Under the pieces are notes generated by a model. It was not told the origin of the DNA, did no database searches, and was given only the letters and a program-made list of their open reading frames with translations. Made by a program: the position numbers and the translations under genes. This document shows, one piece after another, positions 1 through 10,849 of a DNA stretch of 64,000 nucleotides. Origin of the DNA: Cypionkella sp. (lineage in GTDB: Bacteria; Pseudomonadota; Alphaproteobacteria; Rhodobacterales; Rhodobacteraceae); NCBI GenBank assembly GCA_034519315.1, contig JAXHON010000015.1:37917-101916 (forward strand), given 5' to 3'. Within the stretch, counting starts at the first letter, position 1; every line of letters begins with the position of its first letter.

Positions 1-478
1 AGCCGATGGTGACATCTGCCCCCTGCGCGACATGCTGTTGCAGCATCACCTCGTAATCCATTTTATAAATGTGATCGCCCGCCAGCACGACGATATATTC
101 CACATCATAGCTGTCGACGATGTCGATATTCTGCGCCACGGCGTCGGCCGTGCCCAAATACCATTTGTTTTCGTCAACGCGTTGGCTTGCTGGCAAAATA
201 TCCAGATATTCGTTCCGCTCTGCCCGAAAAAACCCCCATCCGCGCTGCATATGGCGGATCAGGCTGTGCGCTTTGTACTGGGTGGCAATCGCCATTTTGC
301 GGATGCCCGAGTTCAGGGCGTTCGACAAGGCAAAGTCGATAATCCGCGTTTTGCCGCCGAAATACACGGCAGGTTTGGCACGGTTATCGGTCAGCTCTTT
401 TAGGCGGCTGCCGCGCCCGCCCGCCAGCACAAAAGCCATGGCGCGCGATGATAGGCGAGTGTTTGGTCTGGCTTTCAT
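1..478 (-). CDS. glgC: Glucose-1-phosphate adenylyltransferase, 5' part (runs off window start)
   Basis: Manual minus-strand translation from ATG 478: [58 protein letters not shown]; ATGA overlap with the glgB stop; absent from ORF track. Confidence 0.95.
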   Translation of the reverse strand, partial: MKARPNTRLSSRAMAFVLAGGRGSRLKELTDNRAKPAVYFGGKTRIIDFALSNALNSGIRKMAIATQYKAHSLIRHMQRGWGFFRAERNEYLDILPASQRVDENKWYLGTADAVAQNIDIVDSYDVEYIVVLAGDHIYKMDYEVMLQQHVAQGADVTIG

Positions 479-2666
479 ATCGTCCTCCCAGTCGATGTTT
501 CATCCAATTTTTCTTTGAAAAACAGCGTGGCCATGGGCGGCAGCGTGATTTCTGCCGATTGCGCCAGCCCGTGGTAGGGTATGGGCTGCGCCGCAACCCC
601 GCCCATGTTGCCGCTGTTGCCGCCGCCGTAAATGGTGGCATCGGTGTTCAATACCTCATCCCATTGCCCAGCCGCTGGCAGGCCAATGCGGTAGCGGCGC
701 GGCACGGGGGTCATGTTGCAGACGACCACAATACGCGGCGCGTTGCCCGGCGCTGGCGCTGCCAGACAAAAACCGACGCCTCGGCATCGCCGCCCTCGAT
801 CCAATCGAAGCCCTGCGCGCTGCAATCTTGCGCATGCAAGGCAGGCTCGGCGCGGTAAAGATGGTTCAAATCGCGCACCAGCAGCTGCACGCCGCGATGG
901 GCGGGCATATCCACCTCGTGCCAATCAAGGATTTGATTGTGGTTCCATTCGGCGCTTTGGCCAAATTCGCAGCCCATGAACAGCAGCTTTTTGCCCGGAT
1001 GCCCCCACATAAACCCGTAATAGGCGCGCAGACCCGCAAACCCCTGCGCGCCCATTTTTTGCAGCATCGAGCCTTTGCCATGCACCACTTCGTCATGGCT
1101 GATCGGCAGCACATAATTTTCCGAAAAGGCGTAGTGCAGCCCAAAGGTCATTTTGTCGTGGTGGTATTTGCGGTGAATAGGATCTTCGGACATATAGCGC
1201 AGGGTGTCGTTCATCCAGCCCATGTTCCATTTGAACCCAAAGCCAAGGCCCCCCAAATGCACAGGGCGCGAGACCCCGTTAAAGGCGGTGCTTTCCTCGG
1301 CCACGGTCATAATCCCGTCCATTGCACCATAGGCATCGGCGTTCATGTTTTGCAGCAATGCAATCGCTTCGTAATTCTCGCGCCCGCCGTGGTGGTTGGG
1401 GATCCATTCGCCATCGCGGCGCGAATAGTCGCGGTAGAGCATGGATGCGACAGCGTCCACGCGCAGCCCGTCGATATGGTATTCCTCTAGCCAATAACGG
1501 GCGTTTGAAACCAAAAAATTTGCCACTTCTATGCGGCCATAGTTGTAAATTAGCGTGTTCCAGTCCTGATGAAAGCCTTCTTTCGGGTCAGAATGTTCGA
1601 AAAGTGCAGTTCCGTCAAATTGACCCAAACCATGCGGATCGGTGGGGAAATGGCCTGGAACCCAGTCAATTATAACGCCCAGCCCGCGATTATGGGCGGT
1701 GTCAATCATCGCGCGAAACTCGTCAGGGGTGCCATGGCGGATGGTGGGGGCGAACAGACCAATGGGCTGATAGCCCCAAGACCCGTCAAAGGGATATTCC
1801 GAAATCGGCAAAAACTCTAGGTGGGTAAAGCCCATCCATAGCGCGTAATCCACCAGCTGATCGGCCAATTCCAGATAGGACAGCATCCGCCCACCCTCCG
1901 CGCGCCGCCAACTGGGCAGATGCACCTCATACACGGAAATCGGCGCAGAAATGGTTTGCGCCGCGCCGCGCTGCGCCATCCAATCGCCGTCCGTCCACGC
2001 CGTTTTGGATATATCGCGCACGACCGAGGCATTGGCGGGCGCGTGTTCGGATCCAAATCCAACGGGGTCAGACTTGAGCGGCAAAACCTGCCAATCGGGC
2101 CCCAAAATCTCATAGCGATAGGTAGCCCCCTGCCCGACAGCGGGTAAAAAAATCTCCCACACGCCGCAATGCGGATGTTTGCGCATCGGCGCGCGGCGCC
2201 CATCCCATTGATTAAAGTCACCCACAACCGAAACGCGCTGCGCATTGGGCGCCCAAACGGCGAAATGCGTGCCAGCCGCGCCTTGATGCACGGTCACATG
2301 CGCGCCCAAAACCTGCCAGATGCGCTGATGCTTGCCCTCGGCCAATAAATGCAGATCCATCTCGCCCAGAACGGGGCCAAAGCTGTAGGGATCTGGCCCC
2401 GCCCACTGGGCACCGTAGCCCTGCCAGCGCAGAGTATAGGCGGCACCACTTGCAACCTTGGCCGCAAATATCCCCTGCGGGCCAACCGCGCGCGCAGCGA
2501 ACTCTGCCGCGCCTTGATGCACAAACAGCGCCTCGGCCCCTGGGTCAAAAGCCACCACCCACCAATCGCCGCCCCGCTGATGCAGGCCCAAATGCGCAAA
2601 GGGATCGGCGCAGCGCCCCTGTGACACAGCCTCTAAAGCACCAAAATCAAAGGGGAAATCAGTCAT
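475..2666 (-). CDS. glgB: 1,4-alpha-glucan branching enzyme (frameshift near ~750, probably sequencing error)
   Basis: ORF 711..2666 has [43 protein letters not shown]; C-terminus ([10 protein letters not shown]...EVLNTDA...TLPPMAT) is in ORF 475..924. Confidence 0.95.
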
Positions 2667-2680
2667 GCGGCACTAAGTCC

Positions 2681-5080
2681 TTATAGGGCGCTGGGAATAT
2701 CCCAGATGTCTGTCATATAGCTGCGGATCGTCCGATCGGATGAGAAAAATCCAGACCGCGCCGTATTCAGAGCAGCCATCTTGGCCCATCGCGGCCCATC
2801 TGCATAGGCCAAATCGACAGCGGATTGCGCCGCGTCATAGGCATCAAAATCGGCCGCGACCAAGAAATAATCATGGTGCCAAATGCGGTGGATCAGACCT
2901 TGGTAGCGGTCCTTTTGATCAGGGCTAAAGGTGCCATCTGAAATCGCATTCAGAACGCGCAGCAAGGCGGGGCTGGCCTCTATCGCCTTGCGCGATTGAT
3001 CGGGATCTTCGCGCCGTTTGAACGCCTGGTCGGTGGTTAGGCCGAACAGGAAAAAATTCTCAGCCCCCACTTCGGCCAAAATTTCCACATTCGCACCGTC
3101 CAGCGTGCCAATCGTTGGCGCGCCGTTCATCATGAATTTCATGTTTCCTGTGCCCGAGGCCTCTTTGCCCGCAGTTGAAATCTGCTCGGACAGATCGGCG
3201 GCAGGCACCAGCGCCTGCGCCATCGAGACGTTATAGTTGGGCGGATAGATGATTTTCAACGCATCCCCTACCTGAGGGTCCGCATTAACAACCGCCGCTA
3301 CATCATTGATAAGATGAATGATTTCCTTTGCTACCACATAGCCTGGCGCAGATTTGCCGCCAAAGATCTTCACGCGCGGCACAAAGGTGCCCTGCGGGTT
3401 ATCCTTGATCCGTTGATATTGTGCGATCGTTTGCAATATATTCAGCAGTTGGCGTTTGTATTCATGGATGCGTTTGATCTGCACATCAAACAGCGCATCG
3501 GGATTGATATTTTGTCCCAAATGCGCCGCCGTCCAATTTGCCAGCGCCACTTTGCTTGCGCGTTTGGCGGCCATGAATTTGCCCTGAAACCCCGCATCAT
3601 CGGCATGGGGCTGTAGCCCTTTCAGCGCATCCAGATTATCTTGCCAGCCCGTGCCGATGGTGTCGGTGATCAGCCCCGCCAGCGCGGGGTTGCACATATT
3701 CAGCCACCGCCTTGGCGTGACGCCGTTTGTTTGGTTGATGATGCGGCCAGGATGCAGGGCATGCAATTCGGGAAACAGATTAGACTTGACCAAATCGGAA
3801 TGCAGCGCCGATACGCCATTGACCTTATGCGCCATGACAAAGGCAAGTTCCCCCATCCGCACCTCGTGGTGTTTGACGATGCCCAGGTAATGGGGCCGCG
3901 TATATTTGGCGGCGTGCCAGGCGTCGATCTGCTCGACCAGTTGCATATGGCGCGGCAAAGTTGTGCCAAAGGTAAAGGTGGCCCAACGCTCCAGTGCCTC
4001 GGGCAAAAGGGTGTGGTTGGTATAGCCTAGACAGGCGCGGGCGATATCGACTGCCTCGGGGAAGGGAATGTGGTGATCATCCACAAGCAAGCGCACAAGT
4101 TCGGGGCCCGCCAGCGCGGGGTGCGTATCGTTCATCTGTATGGCGACATATTTGGGCAGCGCGCGCAGATCGGAATGGGCAGATTTATAGCGGCGCAAAA
4201 TATCTTGCAGCGCAGCAGAGGTCAGGAAAAATTCCTGCTTGAGCCGCAGCTCTTTGCCTTGATAGGTGGTATCATCAGGGTATAAAACGCGGCTTAGCGT
4301 GCGGGCCAACGCCTCGGGTTCGGCGGCGGCGGCGTAATCGCCGCGATTGAAGCGATCCAAATCGAACAAAGTTGTCGGTTCTGCCCCCCACAGGCGCAGC
4401 GTATTGGCCCATTTGCCCTGCCAGCCGATCACGGGCGTGTCATAGGCGGATGCGATGACTGTTTCAGCAGGCACCCATTTGACCACCCCGCCATGGGTTT
4501 CCACATGCCCCTTGAAGGGGATGGTATAGGCCGCTTCAGGGCGCGCAAATTCCCAAGCAAAGCCGTGGCGCAGCCAATCTTCGGGGGCCTCGCCTTGCTG
4601 CCCGCCCTGAAAGAACTGGCGGAAAAGTCCGTGCTCATAGCGGATACCATAGCCATAGGCGGGGCAGCCAACGGTGGCCATGGATTCCATGAAACAGGCG
4701 GCCAATCGGCCCAGCCCCCCGTTTCCAAGCGCGGCATCAGGCTCGTCGTCAACCAAATCCGCAAAATTCTGGCCAAAGCCCGCCATCACATCGCGGGCCA
4801 TCTCGCGCAGGCCAAGATTGGTGGCGGCATCTTCCATGATGCGGCCAATCAGAAATTCCATCGACAGGTAATAAACCCGCTTGCGATCCTCGCCATTGGT
4901 GCGGCGGGTCGCGGCAAACCACGGCCCCACGATGCGGTCGCGCAGCGAATAGGACAGCGCCATACGCCAATCAAAGCGGCTGGCATGATCGGCATCTTTG
5001 CCCAGTGTAAACATAAGGTGCCGTAAAATATCCGCTTTTAGCGCGGCGTGGGTTAGGGCGATGGGGCTTTGATCGGTCAT
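2681..5080 (-). CDS. glgP: Glycogen/alpha-glucan phosphorylase
   Basis: LGNGGLGRLAACF, LRLKQE, QIKRIHEYKRQ, EASGTGNMK motifs; start taken at MTDQSP (5080). Confidence 0.96.
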   Translation of the reverse strand: MTDQSPIALTHAALKADILRHLMFTLGKDADHASRFDWRMALSYSLRDRIVGPWFAATRRTNGEDRKRVYYLSMEFLIGRIMEDAATNLGLREMARDVMAGFGQNFADLVDDEPDAALGNGGLGRLAACFMESMATVGCPAYGYGIRYEHGLFRQFFQGGQQGEAPEDWLRHGFAWEFARPEAAYTIPFKGHVETHGGVVKWVPAETVIASAYDTPVIGWQGKWANTLRLWGAEPTTLFDLDRFNRGDYAAAAEPEALARTLSRVLYPDDTTYQGKELRLKQEFFLTSAALQDILRRYKSAHSDLRALPKYVAIQMNDTHPALAGPELVRLLVDDHHIPFPEAVDIARACLGYTNHTLLPEALERWATFTFGTTLPRHMQLVEQIDAWHAAKYTRPHYLGIVKHHEVRMGELAFVMAHKVNGVSALHSDLVKSNLFPELHALHPGRIINQTNGVTPRRWLNMCNPALAGLITDTIGTGWQDNLDALKGLQPHADDAGFQGKFMAAKRASKVALANWTAAHLGQNINPDALFDVQIKRIHEYKRQLLNILQTIAQYQRIKDNPQGTFVPRVKIFGGKSAPGYVVAKEIIHLINDVAAVVNADPQVGDALKIIYPPNYNVSMAQALVPAADLSEQISTAGKEASGTGNMKFMMNGAPTIGTLDGANVEILAEVGAENFFLFGLTTDQAFKRREDPDQSRKAIEASPALLRVLNAISDGTFSPDQKDRYQGLIHRIWHHDYFLVAADFDAYDAAQSAVDLAYADGPRWAKMAALNTARSGFFSSDRTIRSYMTDIWDIPSAL

Positions 5081-5246
5081 TTTTCTTCCATTTCTGCGGC
5101 GCATTGGGCCTGCCATTGGTTCTGTCTGACCAGAACTTTGCCCCATAGCGAAGCCCCAAAGCGCGCCCTCGATGTATGTTAGCGCAAACATGGCGCGGAA
5201 TGAAAGCGAAATGCCCTGATTTTGAGCGTTTTTTTGTGCAACCGAT

Positions 5247-7448
5247 TTAGACGCCGTGATCTGGATCGAAATGGCGCAGTCGCAGCGCATTTCCCACCAC
5301 AAACACCGAACTGGCCGCCATCGCCAGCGCCCCCAGCATGGGCGAGAGCGCGGGCCCGCCAAAAGGCACCAGCACGCCCATCGCCACAGGGATCAGTACG
5401 GCGTTATAGCCAAAAGCCCAGCCCAAATTTTGCGAGATATTGCGCATCACCGCGCGTGAGAGCGTCACCGCACGCGCCACGCCGACCAGATCGCCGCCGA
5501 TCAGCACCACATCCCCTGCCTCAATGGCGACATCTGTGCCCGTCCCCATCGAAATGCCAACATCCGCCCGCGCCAGCGCAGGGGCATCGTTGATCCCGTC
5601 CCCGACAAAAGCAACGCCCCGCCCCAATTCTTCGATGGTTTTGGCCTTTTCTTCGGGCAACATCTGCGCGCGGATGTCATTAATGCCCAGTGCCGTGCCC
5701 ACGCGCCGCGCTGCGGCCATGCTGTCGCCCGTCAGCATCACAGGGCGCAAACCCATCGCGACAAGGCGCTGCACAGCGCCCGCCGCCTGCGGTTTTATGC
5801 TGTCTTCTACGGCAAAGGCCCCAACGACCGCAGCCTTATGCGCTACGAAAATCACCCCTTGCCCCGCCGCCTGCGCTGCCGCATCAAAATCAGCAAACTG
5901 CTGCGGCAGGGGCGGCATCATGCGGGCAGAGCCTACGCGCACCTCGCCCGCCACCTCGCCAGTTGCCTCGCCAGTTGCGCCTTGACCTGCAAGAGTTTGG
6001 ACGTTTTCCACCCGCGCAGCGGCGATGTTTTGCGTGGCGGCATAGTCCAGCACAGCCCGCGCCAAGGGGTGGGTGCTTTGCGATTCGATCCCTGCGGCCA
6101 AGGCCAAGGCGCAAGGCGATGACGCAATATCCAGCGCGCCCACCACGCGCGGGCGGCCAATCGACAGCGTGCCCGTCTTGTCAAAGGCAATGGTGTTCAC
6201 CTCGGACAGCCGCTGCAAGGCGGCGGCGCCGCGAAACAGCACCCCCATCTGCGCGCCCTGCCCCGTGCCAACTAAAATCGAGACAGGCACCGCCAGCCCC
6301 ATTGCGCAGGGGCAGGCGATGATCAGCACTGCCACCGCATGGATCAGCGCCGCGCCAAGGCCCGCGCCAAACCCCAGCCACAGCGCAAAGGTCAGCGCCG
6401 CCAGCGCCATCACTGCGGGCACAAACCACGATGTAATACGGTCAACGCGGTCTTGCACGGGCAGTTTTCCCGCTTGGGCATCGGCCACCATTTGGGTGAT
6501 GCGCGCCAACACGCTGCCTGCGCCCGCCGCCGTGATCTGCACCGTCAGCGCGCCCGCACCGTTCACGCAGCCGCCAGTGACGCTGTCGCCAACTCCCACG
6601 ACTTGGGGCATCGGCTCGCCCGTCAGCATCGACATATCCACGCTGGACGCGCCTGCGATCACTTGTCCATCGGCGGCAATTCTTTCGCCTGCGCGCGCCA
6701 AGATTACATCGCCCACCTCTAGGCCCGCCAACGGCACCTCGATCTGCTTGTCGCCTTGAAGTTTCAACGCCGTTTGCGGTTGCAGATCGACAAGGCGCGC
6801 AATGGCCGCCCCAGCTGCGCCCTTGGCGCGCGCCTCTAGCGCGCGGCCCACAAGGATCAACGTCACCGTCACCCCCGCAGATTCGAAATAGATTTCGCCG
6901 CCCGTGGCCAGCACAGTCACAGCGCTGGAATAGACATAGGCCGCCCCCGCGCCCAGTGCCACCAACGCATTCATATCAGGGGCGCGGCGCAGCAAGGCGG
7001 GGATGCCTTTGGCGAAAAACACCCGCCCAGGCCCCAGCAACGTGGCCCCAATAAGCAGCATCTCTAGCAGGGCCAGCGCGCCATCCCCTATCAGCGCTGC
7101 GCGGGCGTGGTGCATCGCGGGCCACAGATGCGTGCCCATTTCGGCGATGAACACGGGCAAGGTTAGTGCGCCCGCCAGCGCCGCCTTGCCCCATATCTGC
7201 GCGGGATCTTCGCCCAAACGCGCGCCAATCTCGCGCGCGGTCGGCTTGGCGGCATAACCTGCGCGGGTCAGTGCCTGCGCCATAGCCTCTGGCCGCGCGG
7301 GCAGATCATAAACCACCTGCGCCGATTGCAGCGCAAGGTTTACGGATGCCGCAATCACCCCCTCTTGGGCGCGCAAAACACGCTCTGCCCGCCCCACGCA
7401 AGAGGCGCAAGTCATGCCATCCACACTCAGTGATATTGTCTGCGCCAT
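5247..7448 (-). CDS. copA: Cu(I)-translocating P1B-type ATPase
   Basis: GMTCASC metal-binding domain, TGEP, CPC, DKTGT, HP, GDGINDAP, YN and MAASS transmembrane motifs. Confidence 0.93.
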   Translation of the reverse strand: MAQTISLSVDGMTCASCVGRAERVLRAQEGVIAASVNLALQSAQVVYDLPARPEAMAQALTRAGYAAKPTAREIGARLGEDPAQIWGKAALAGALTLPVFIAEMGTHLWPAMHHARAALIGDGALALLEMLLIGATLLGPGRVFFAKGIPALLRRAPDMNALVALGAGAAYVYSSAVTVLATGGEIYFESAGVTVTLILVGRALEARAKGAAGAAIARLVDLQPQTALKLQGDKQIEVPLAGLEVGDVILARAGERIAADGQVIAGASSVDMSMLTGEPMPQVVGVGDSVTGGCVNGAGALTVQITAAGAGSVLARITQMVADAQAGKLPVQDRVDRITSWFVPAVMALAALTFALWLGFGAGLGAALIHAVAVLIIACPCAMGLAVPVSILVGTGQGAQMGVLFRGAAALQRLSEVNTIAFDKTGTLSIGRPRVVGALDIASSPCALALAAGIESQSTHPLARAVLDYAATQNIAAARVENVQTLAGQGATGEATGEVAGEVRVGSARMMPPLPQQFADFDAAAQAAGQGVIFVAHKAAVVGAFAVEDSIKPQAAGAVQRLVAMGLRPVMLTGDSMAAARRVGTALGINDIRAQMLPEEKAKTIEELGRGVAFVGDGINDAPALARADVGISMGTGTDVAIEAGDVVLIGGDLVGVARAVTLSRAVMRNISQNLGWAFGYNAVLIPVAMGVLVPFGGPALSPMLGALAMAASSVFVVGNALRLRHFDPDHGV

Positions 7449-7519
7449 GTCGTGATGCCCCCTTTGCGCCAAAAGCTGCCGATTTGCGTCCCTCGTCAAG
7501 CCCCCGCTTGCGCGACATC

Positions 7520-7548
7520 TTGCGCGCCATAGTGGCAGTCTGTAGCAA
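7520..7548 (+). promoter_or_regulatory. Possible copZ promoter with a MerR/CueR-like dyad
   Basis: TTGCGC followed by dyad GCCA-TAG-TGGC (7526-7536) and TAGCAA; weak match only. Confidence 0.3.
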
Positions 7549-7573
7549 GAGAAAACTGAATGGGGTCTTCAAT

Positions 7574-7771
7574 ATGACTGTTCTACATATTCCTGACATG
7601 AGTTGCGGACATTGCAAAGCCTCGATCGAGGCGGCACTTTCCCCCTTGGCCGCGCAGATCGCGGTTGATCTGCCCGCCCGCCGTGTGCAGCTGACAGGGG
7701 CAGACGATCTGCCCGCCGCCTTGGCCGCATTAAATGCGATTGGCTTTCCCGCCGAAATTCTTGCCGATTAG
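7574..7771 (+). CDS. copZ: Copper chaperone (HMA domain), 65 aa
   Basis: MTVLHIPDMSCGHCKASIEAAL with MxCxxC; divergent from copA. Confidence 0.88.
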   Translation: MTVLHIPDMSCGHCKASIEAALSPLAAQIAVDLPARRVQLTGADDLPAALAALNAIGFPAEILAD

Positions 7772-7882
7772 ATGCAAGTTTGCTAGTTTAGCTGCACCGC
7801 GCCACATTTTGGCCATCATTCGGCCCGATCAGCGCGCGACACCAACCTTGCGTTATTCTCGCAGGCCCTAACGGAGATGAAC

Positions 7883-8002
7883 ATGGCAGGCACTTCGCAG
7901 CAGCAAGGGGGCAGCACCGCGCAGCCCCAACAACAACAGCAGCAGCAGGGCCAAACCCCTGCCCCAAGCGCCCCAATCATCCGCGACTGGGCCGCGATTT
8001 AG
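7883..8002 (+). CDS. Small Q/P/G-rich protein, 39 aa, ending IRDWAAI
   Basis: Manual translation MAGTSQQQGGSTAQPQQQQQQQGQTPAPSAPIIRDWAAI*; RBS GGAGA upstream; stop 5 nt before next ATG; below ORF-track cutoff. Confidence 0.72.
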   Translation: MAGTSQQQGGSTAQPQQQQQQQGQTPAPSAPIIRDWAAI

Positions 8003-8007
8003 GCCTG

Positions 8008-8347
8008 ATGCCTACGCCCATCTCGTCAATCCCAAATCTTGGCCCCGCGATGGAGGCCGAATTTGCCCGAGCGGGTGTTCATTCGGCTGAGGAACTGCGC
8101 GCCCTTGGCGCGGACGCGGCCTATGGCGCGCTAATGGCCGCAGGCACGCGTCCCCATTTCATTGGCTATTACGTTTTGCATATGGCGCTGCAAGGCCGCC
8201 CATGGAACGATTGCAAGGGCGACGAAAAGGCCGCTTTGCGCAAATCGCGTTGACGCGTTAAAATCCGTTCACGCAGGATCAGATGCAAAAGGCCGCTCCG
8301 ATTTGGAAGCGGCCTTGCAGTTTTTTGGCGTGATTGAACGGCGTTAG
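8008..8347 (+). CDS. TfoX/Sxy C-terminal domain protein (frameshift near ~8245)
   Basis: ISSIPNLGPAMEAEFARAGVHSAEELRALGADAAY...YYVLHMALQGRPWN; tail continues in ORF 8162..8347. Confidence 0.8.
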
Positions 8348-8396
8348 CCGACCAGTTCTAGGCCCAAGGCGTTAGCCGACCAGTTCCAGACCCGAG
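8341..8396. repeat. 28-bp imperfect tandem duplication of the ndk 3' end
   Basis: gcgttagccgaccagttctaggcccaag / gcgttagccgaccagttccagacccgag (3 mismatches). Confidence 0.85.
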
Positions 8397-8794
8397 AAGA
8401 AGAACGCAATCTCGCGGGCAGCCGATGCGGCGCTGTCCGACCCATGGGCGGAATTTTCGCCTTTGGACAGGGCAAATTCCTTGCGGATCGTGCCAGCGGC
8501 CGCTTCGGCAGGGTCAGTTGCGCCCATCACTTCGCGGTTTTTCGCAATGGCATTTTCACCTTCCAAAACCTGAACCACCACAGGCTGCGACGCCATGAAA
8601 TCGCACAGCTCGCCGTAAAAGCCGCGCTCAGCATGCTCGGCGTAAAACGCGCCAGCTTGGGCGGGCGACAAATGAATACGCTTGGATGCGACAACGCGCA
8701 GGCCAGCTTCTTCGAATTTGGCCACGATTTTGCCCGTCAGGTTGCGCTTGGTGGCATCGGGTTTGATGATGGATAGGGTGCGTTCAATGGCCAT
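8372..8794 (-). CDS. ndk: Nucleoside diphosphate kinase
   Basis: [32 protein letters not shown]; 140 aa. Confidence 0.97.
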   Translation of the reverse strand: MAIERTLSIIKPDATKRNLTGKIVAKFEEAGLRVVASKRIHLSPAQAGAFYAEHAERGFYGELCDFMASQPVVVQVLEGENAIAKNREVMGATDPAEAAAGTIRKEFALSKGENSAHGSDSAASAAREIAFFFSGLELVG

Positions 8795-8918
8795 GTGGCT
8801 CTCCGTTGTGTTAGGGCTTGCGCCCGAATTCGAATGGGCGCCTGCTAACATGCGCGCTAGGCTTTGAAAAGCCGCTATATGGTTGACGCCGCGCCCCGCA
8901 TAAGGCATCCCCCGCCCC

Positions 8919-10767
8919 ATGTTAAAGATCGAAGATATCACCTATAACGTCGAAGGTCGCCCCCTGTTCGAGGGCGCGTCGGCCACCATTCCCACGGGGC
9001 ATAAAGTGGGGCTTGTCGGGCGCAATGGCGCGGGCAAGACCACGCTGTTCAAGCTGATCAAGGGCGAGCTGGCGCTAGAGGGTGGAGAAATCTCGATGCC
9101 CACCCGCGCGCGCATCGGGGGCGTCGCGCAAGAGGTGCCCTCGTCGTCAACCTCGCTGCTGGACACGGTTCTGGCCGCCGATACCGAACGGGCAAGCCTG
9201 CTGGCGGAATCTGAAACTGCAACCGACGCCCACCGCATTGCCGAAATTCAGGCCCGCCTTGCCGATATTGACGCATGGTCAGCCGAGGGGCGGGCATCCG
9301 CCATTTTGAAAGGGCTTGGTTTTGACGCTGCCGCGCAGTTGCGCCCTTGCAGCGATTTTTCGGGCGGCTGGCGGATGAGGGTGGCGCTGGCGGGCGTTTT
9401 GTTTGCCCAGCCCGATTATCTGCTGCTGGACGAGCCTACCAACTATCTGGATTTGGAAGGCGCGCTGTGGCTGGAAAGCTATTTGCAAAAATACCCTCAC
9501 ACAGTGCTGATCATCAGCCATGATCGCGGCCTTTTGAACCGCGCCGTATCGGGGATTTTGCATCTGGATAACCGCCAGCTGACCTATTGGTCTGGCCCCT
9601 ATGACCAATTCGCGCGCCAATTTGCCGAACGCCGCGCAGTTTTGGCGAATGAGGCGAAAAAGCAAGAGGCGCGGCGGGCGCATTTGCAGGCTTTTGTGGA
9701 TCGGTTCAAGGCCAAGGCCTCCAAAGCCGTGCAGGCGCAATCGCCGCGTTAAAATGCTGGAAAAGATGGACATCATCACCGCGCCAGAAGACGCGAAAAA
9801 GGTGGTCTTCACCTTTCCCGAACCCGAGGAGCTGTCCCCTCCCATCATCTCGATGGAAGGCGTGGCTGTGGGCTATGACGCGCGCGCGGTGCTGAAAAAC
9901 CTATCCCTGCGCATCGACCAAGACGACCGCATCGCGCTGCTTGGCCGCAATGGCGAAGGGAAATCTACCCTGTCCAAGCTGCTGGCTGGCAAGCTGCCGA
10001 CGATGGCGGGCAAAATGGTCAGGTCAAGCAAACTGCGCATTGGGTATTTTGCCCAGCATCAAGTGGACGAATTGTTCATTGACGAGACGCCCTTGCAACA
10101 TATCATGCGGCTGCGCCCTGGCGAGGGGCAGCCCAAATTGCGCGCGCGCCTCGCCTCTTTCGGTCTTGGCGCAGATCAGGCCGAAACAGTGGTGGGGCGC
10201 CTGTCGGGCGGGCAAAAGGCGCGCCTGTCTTTGCTGCTGGCCACCATCGACGCGCCGCATCTGCTGATTTTGGACGAACCGACCAATCACCTTGACATCG
10301 AATCGCGCGAAGCGCTGGTCGAGGCGCTGACCGCCTATTCAGGCGCTGTGATTTTGGTCAGCCACGATATGCATCTTTTGTCTTTGGTGGCAGACCGTCT
10401 TTGGCTGGTCAAAGGCGGCGCTGTCGCCCCCTATACCGAGGACTTAGAGGCCTACCGCCGCCAATTGCTGGCGGGCGATGAGACAGCGAAACCCGCTAAA
10501 GCGGCACCCGAAAAACCAAAACGCACCAGCCAAGACGAGGTCAAACGCCTGCGCGCCGAGGTGAAAACCTGCGAAGATCGCCTTGCCAAACTGTCCGATA
10601 TGCAAAGCAAATTGGCCACCAAACTGGCCGATCCCGCCCTATATGAGGACGCGCGCAAGGGCGAGCTGGAGACGTGGAACAAAAAATACGGCGAAGTGAT
10701 GGAGGCGCTGGACCGCGCCGAAGCCATGTGGCTGGCCGCATCGGAAAAGCTGGAAGCGGCGGGCTGA
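8919..10767 (+). CDS. ABC-F family ATPase (YheS-like), frameshift near ~9745
   Basis: Two ABC cassettes ([26 protein letters not shown]; [25 protein letters not shown]), no TM segments; ORFs 8919..9752 and 9601..10767. Confidence 0.92.
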
Positions 10768-10780
10768 CCGCGCAGGCAAA

Positions 10781-10820
10781 GGGGGGCTTTGCCCCCCGCG
10801 CTTTGCGCGCGCGCCCCAAG
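10781..10820. repeat. GC hairpins after ABC-F stop (REP-like element or terminator)
   Basis: ggggggc-ttt-gcccccc (10781-10797) then gcgc-ttt-gcgc; architecture like the element at 50792-50860. Confidence 0.55.
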
Positions 10821-10849
10821 TGTGTTAGGTGGAGATTTTTTATCAAGAA

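Noticed and set aside
5941-5985. 12-bp repeats in copA (GEAT/GEVA units)
   Set aside because: Short in-frame loop expansion with no evidence of function
9730-9760. Programmed frameshift in ABC-F (likewise uvrA, rsmA, hemA)
   Set aside because: No clear slippery site or stimulator, and indels are widespread in this sequence
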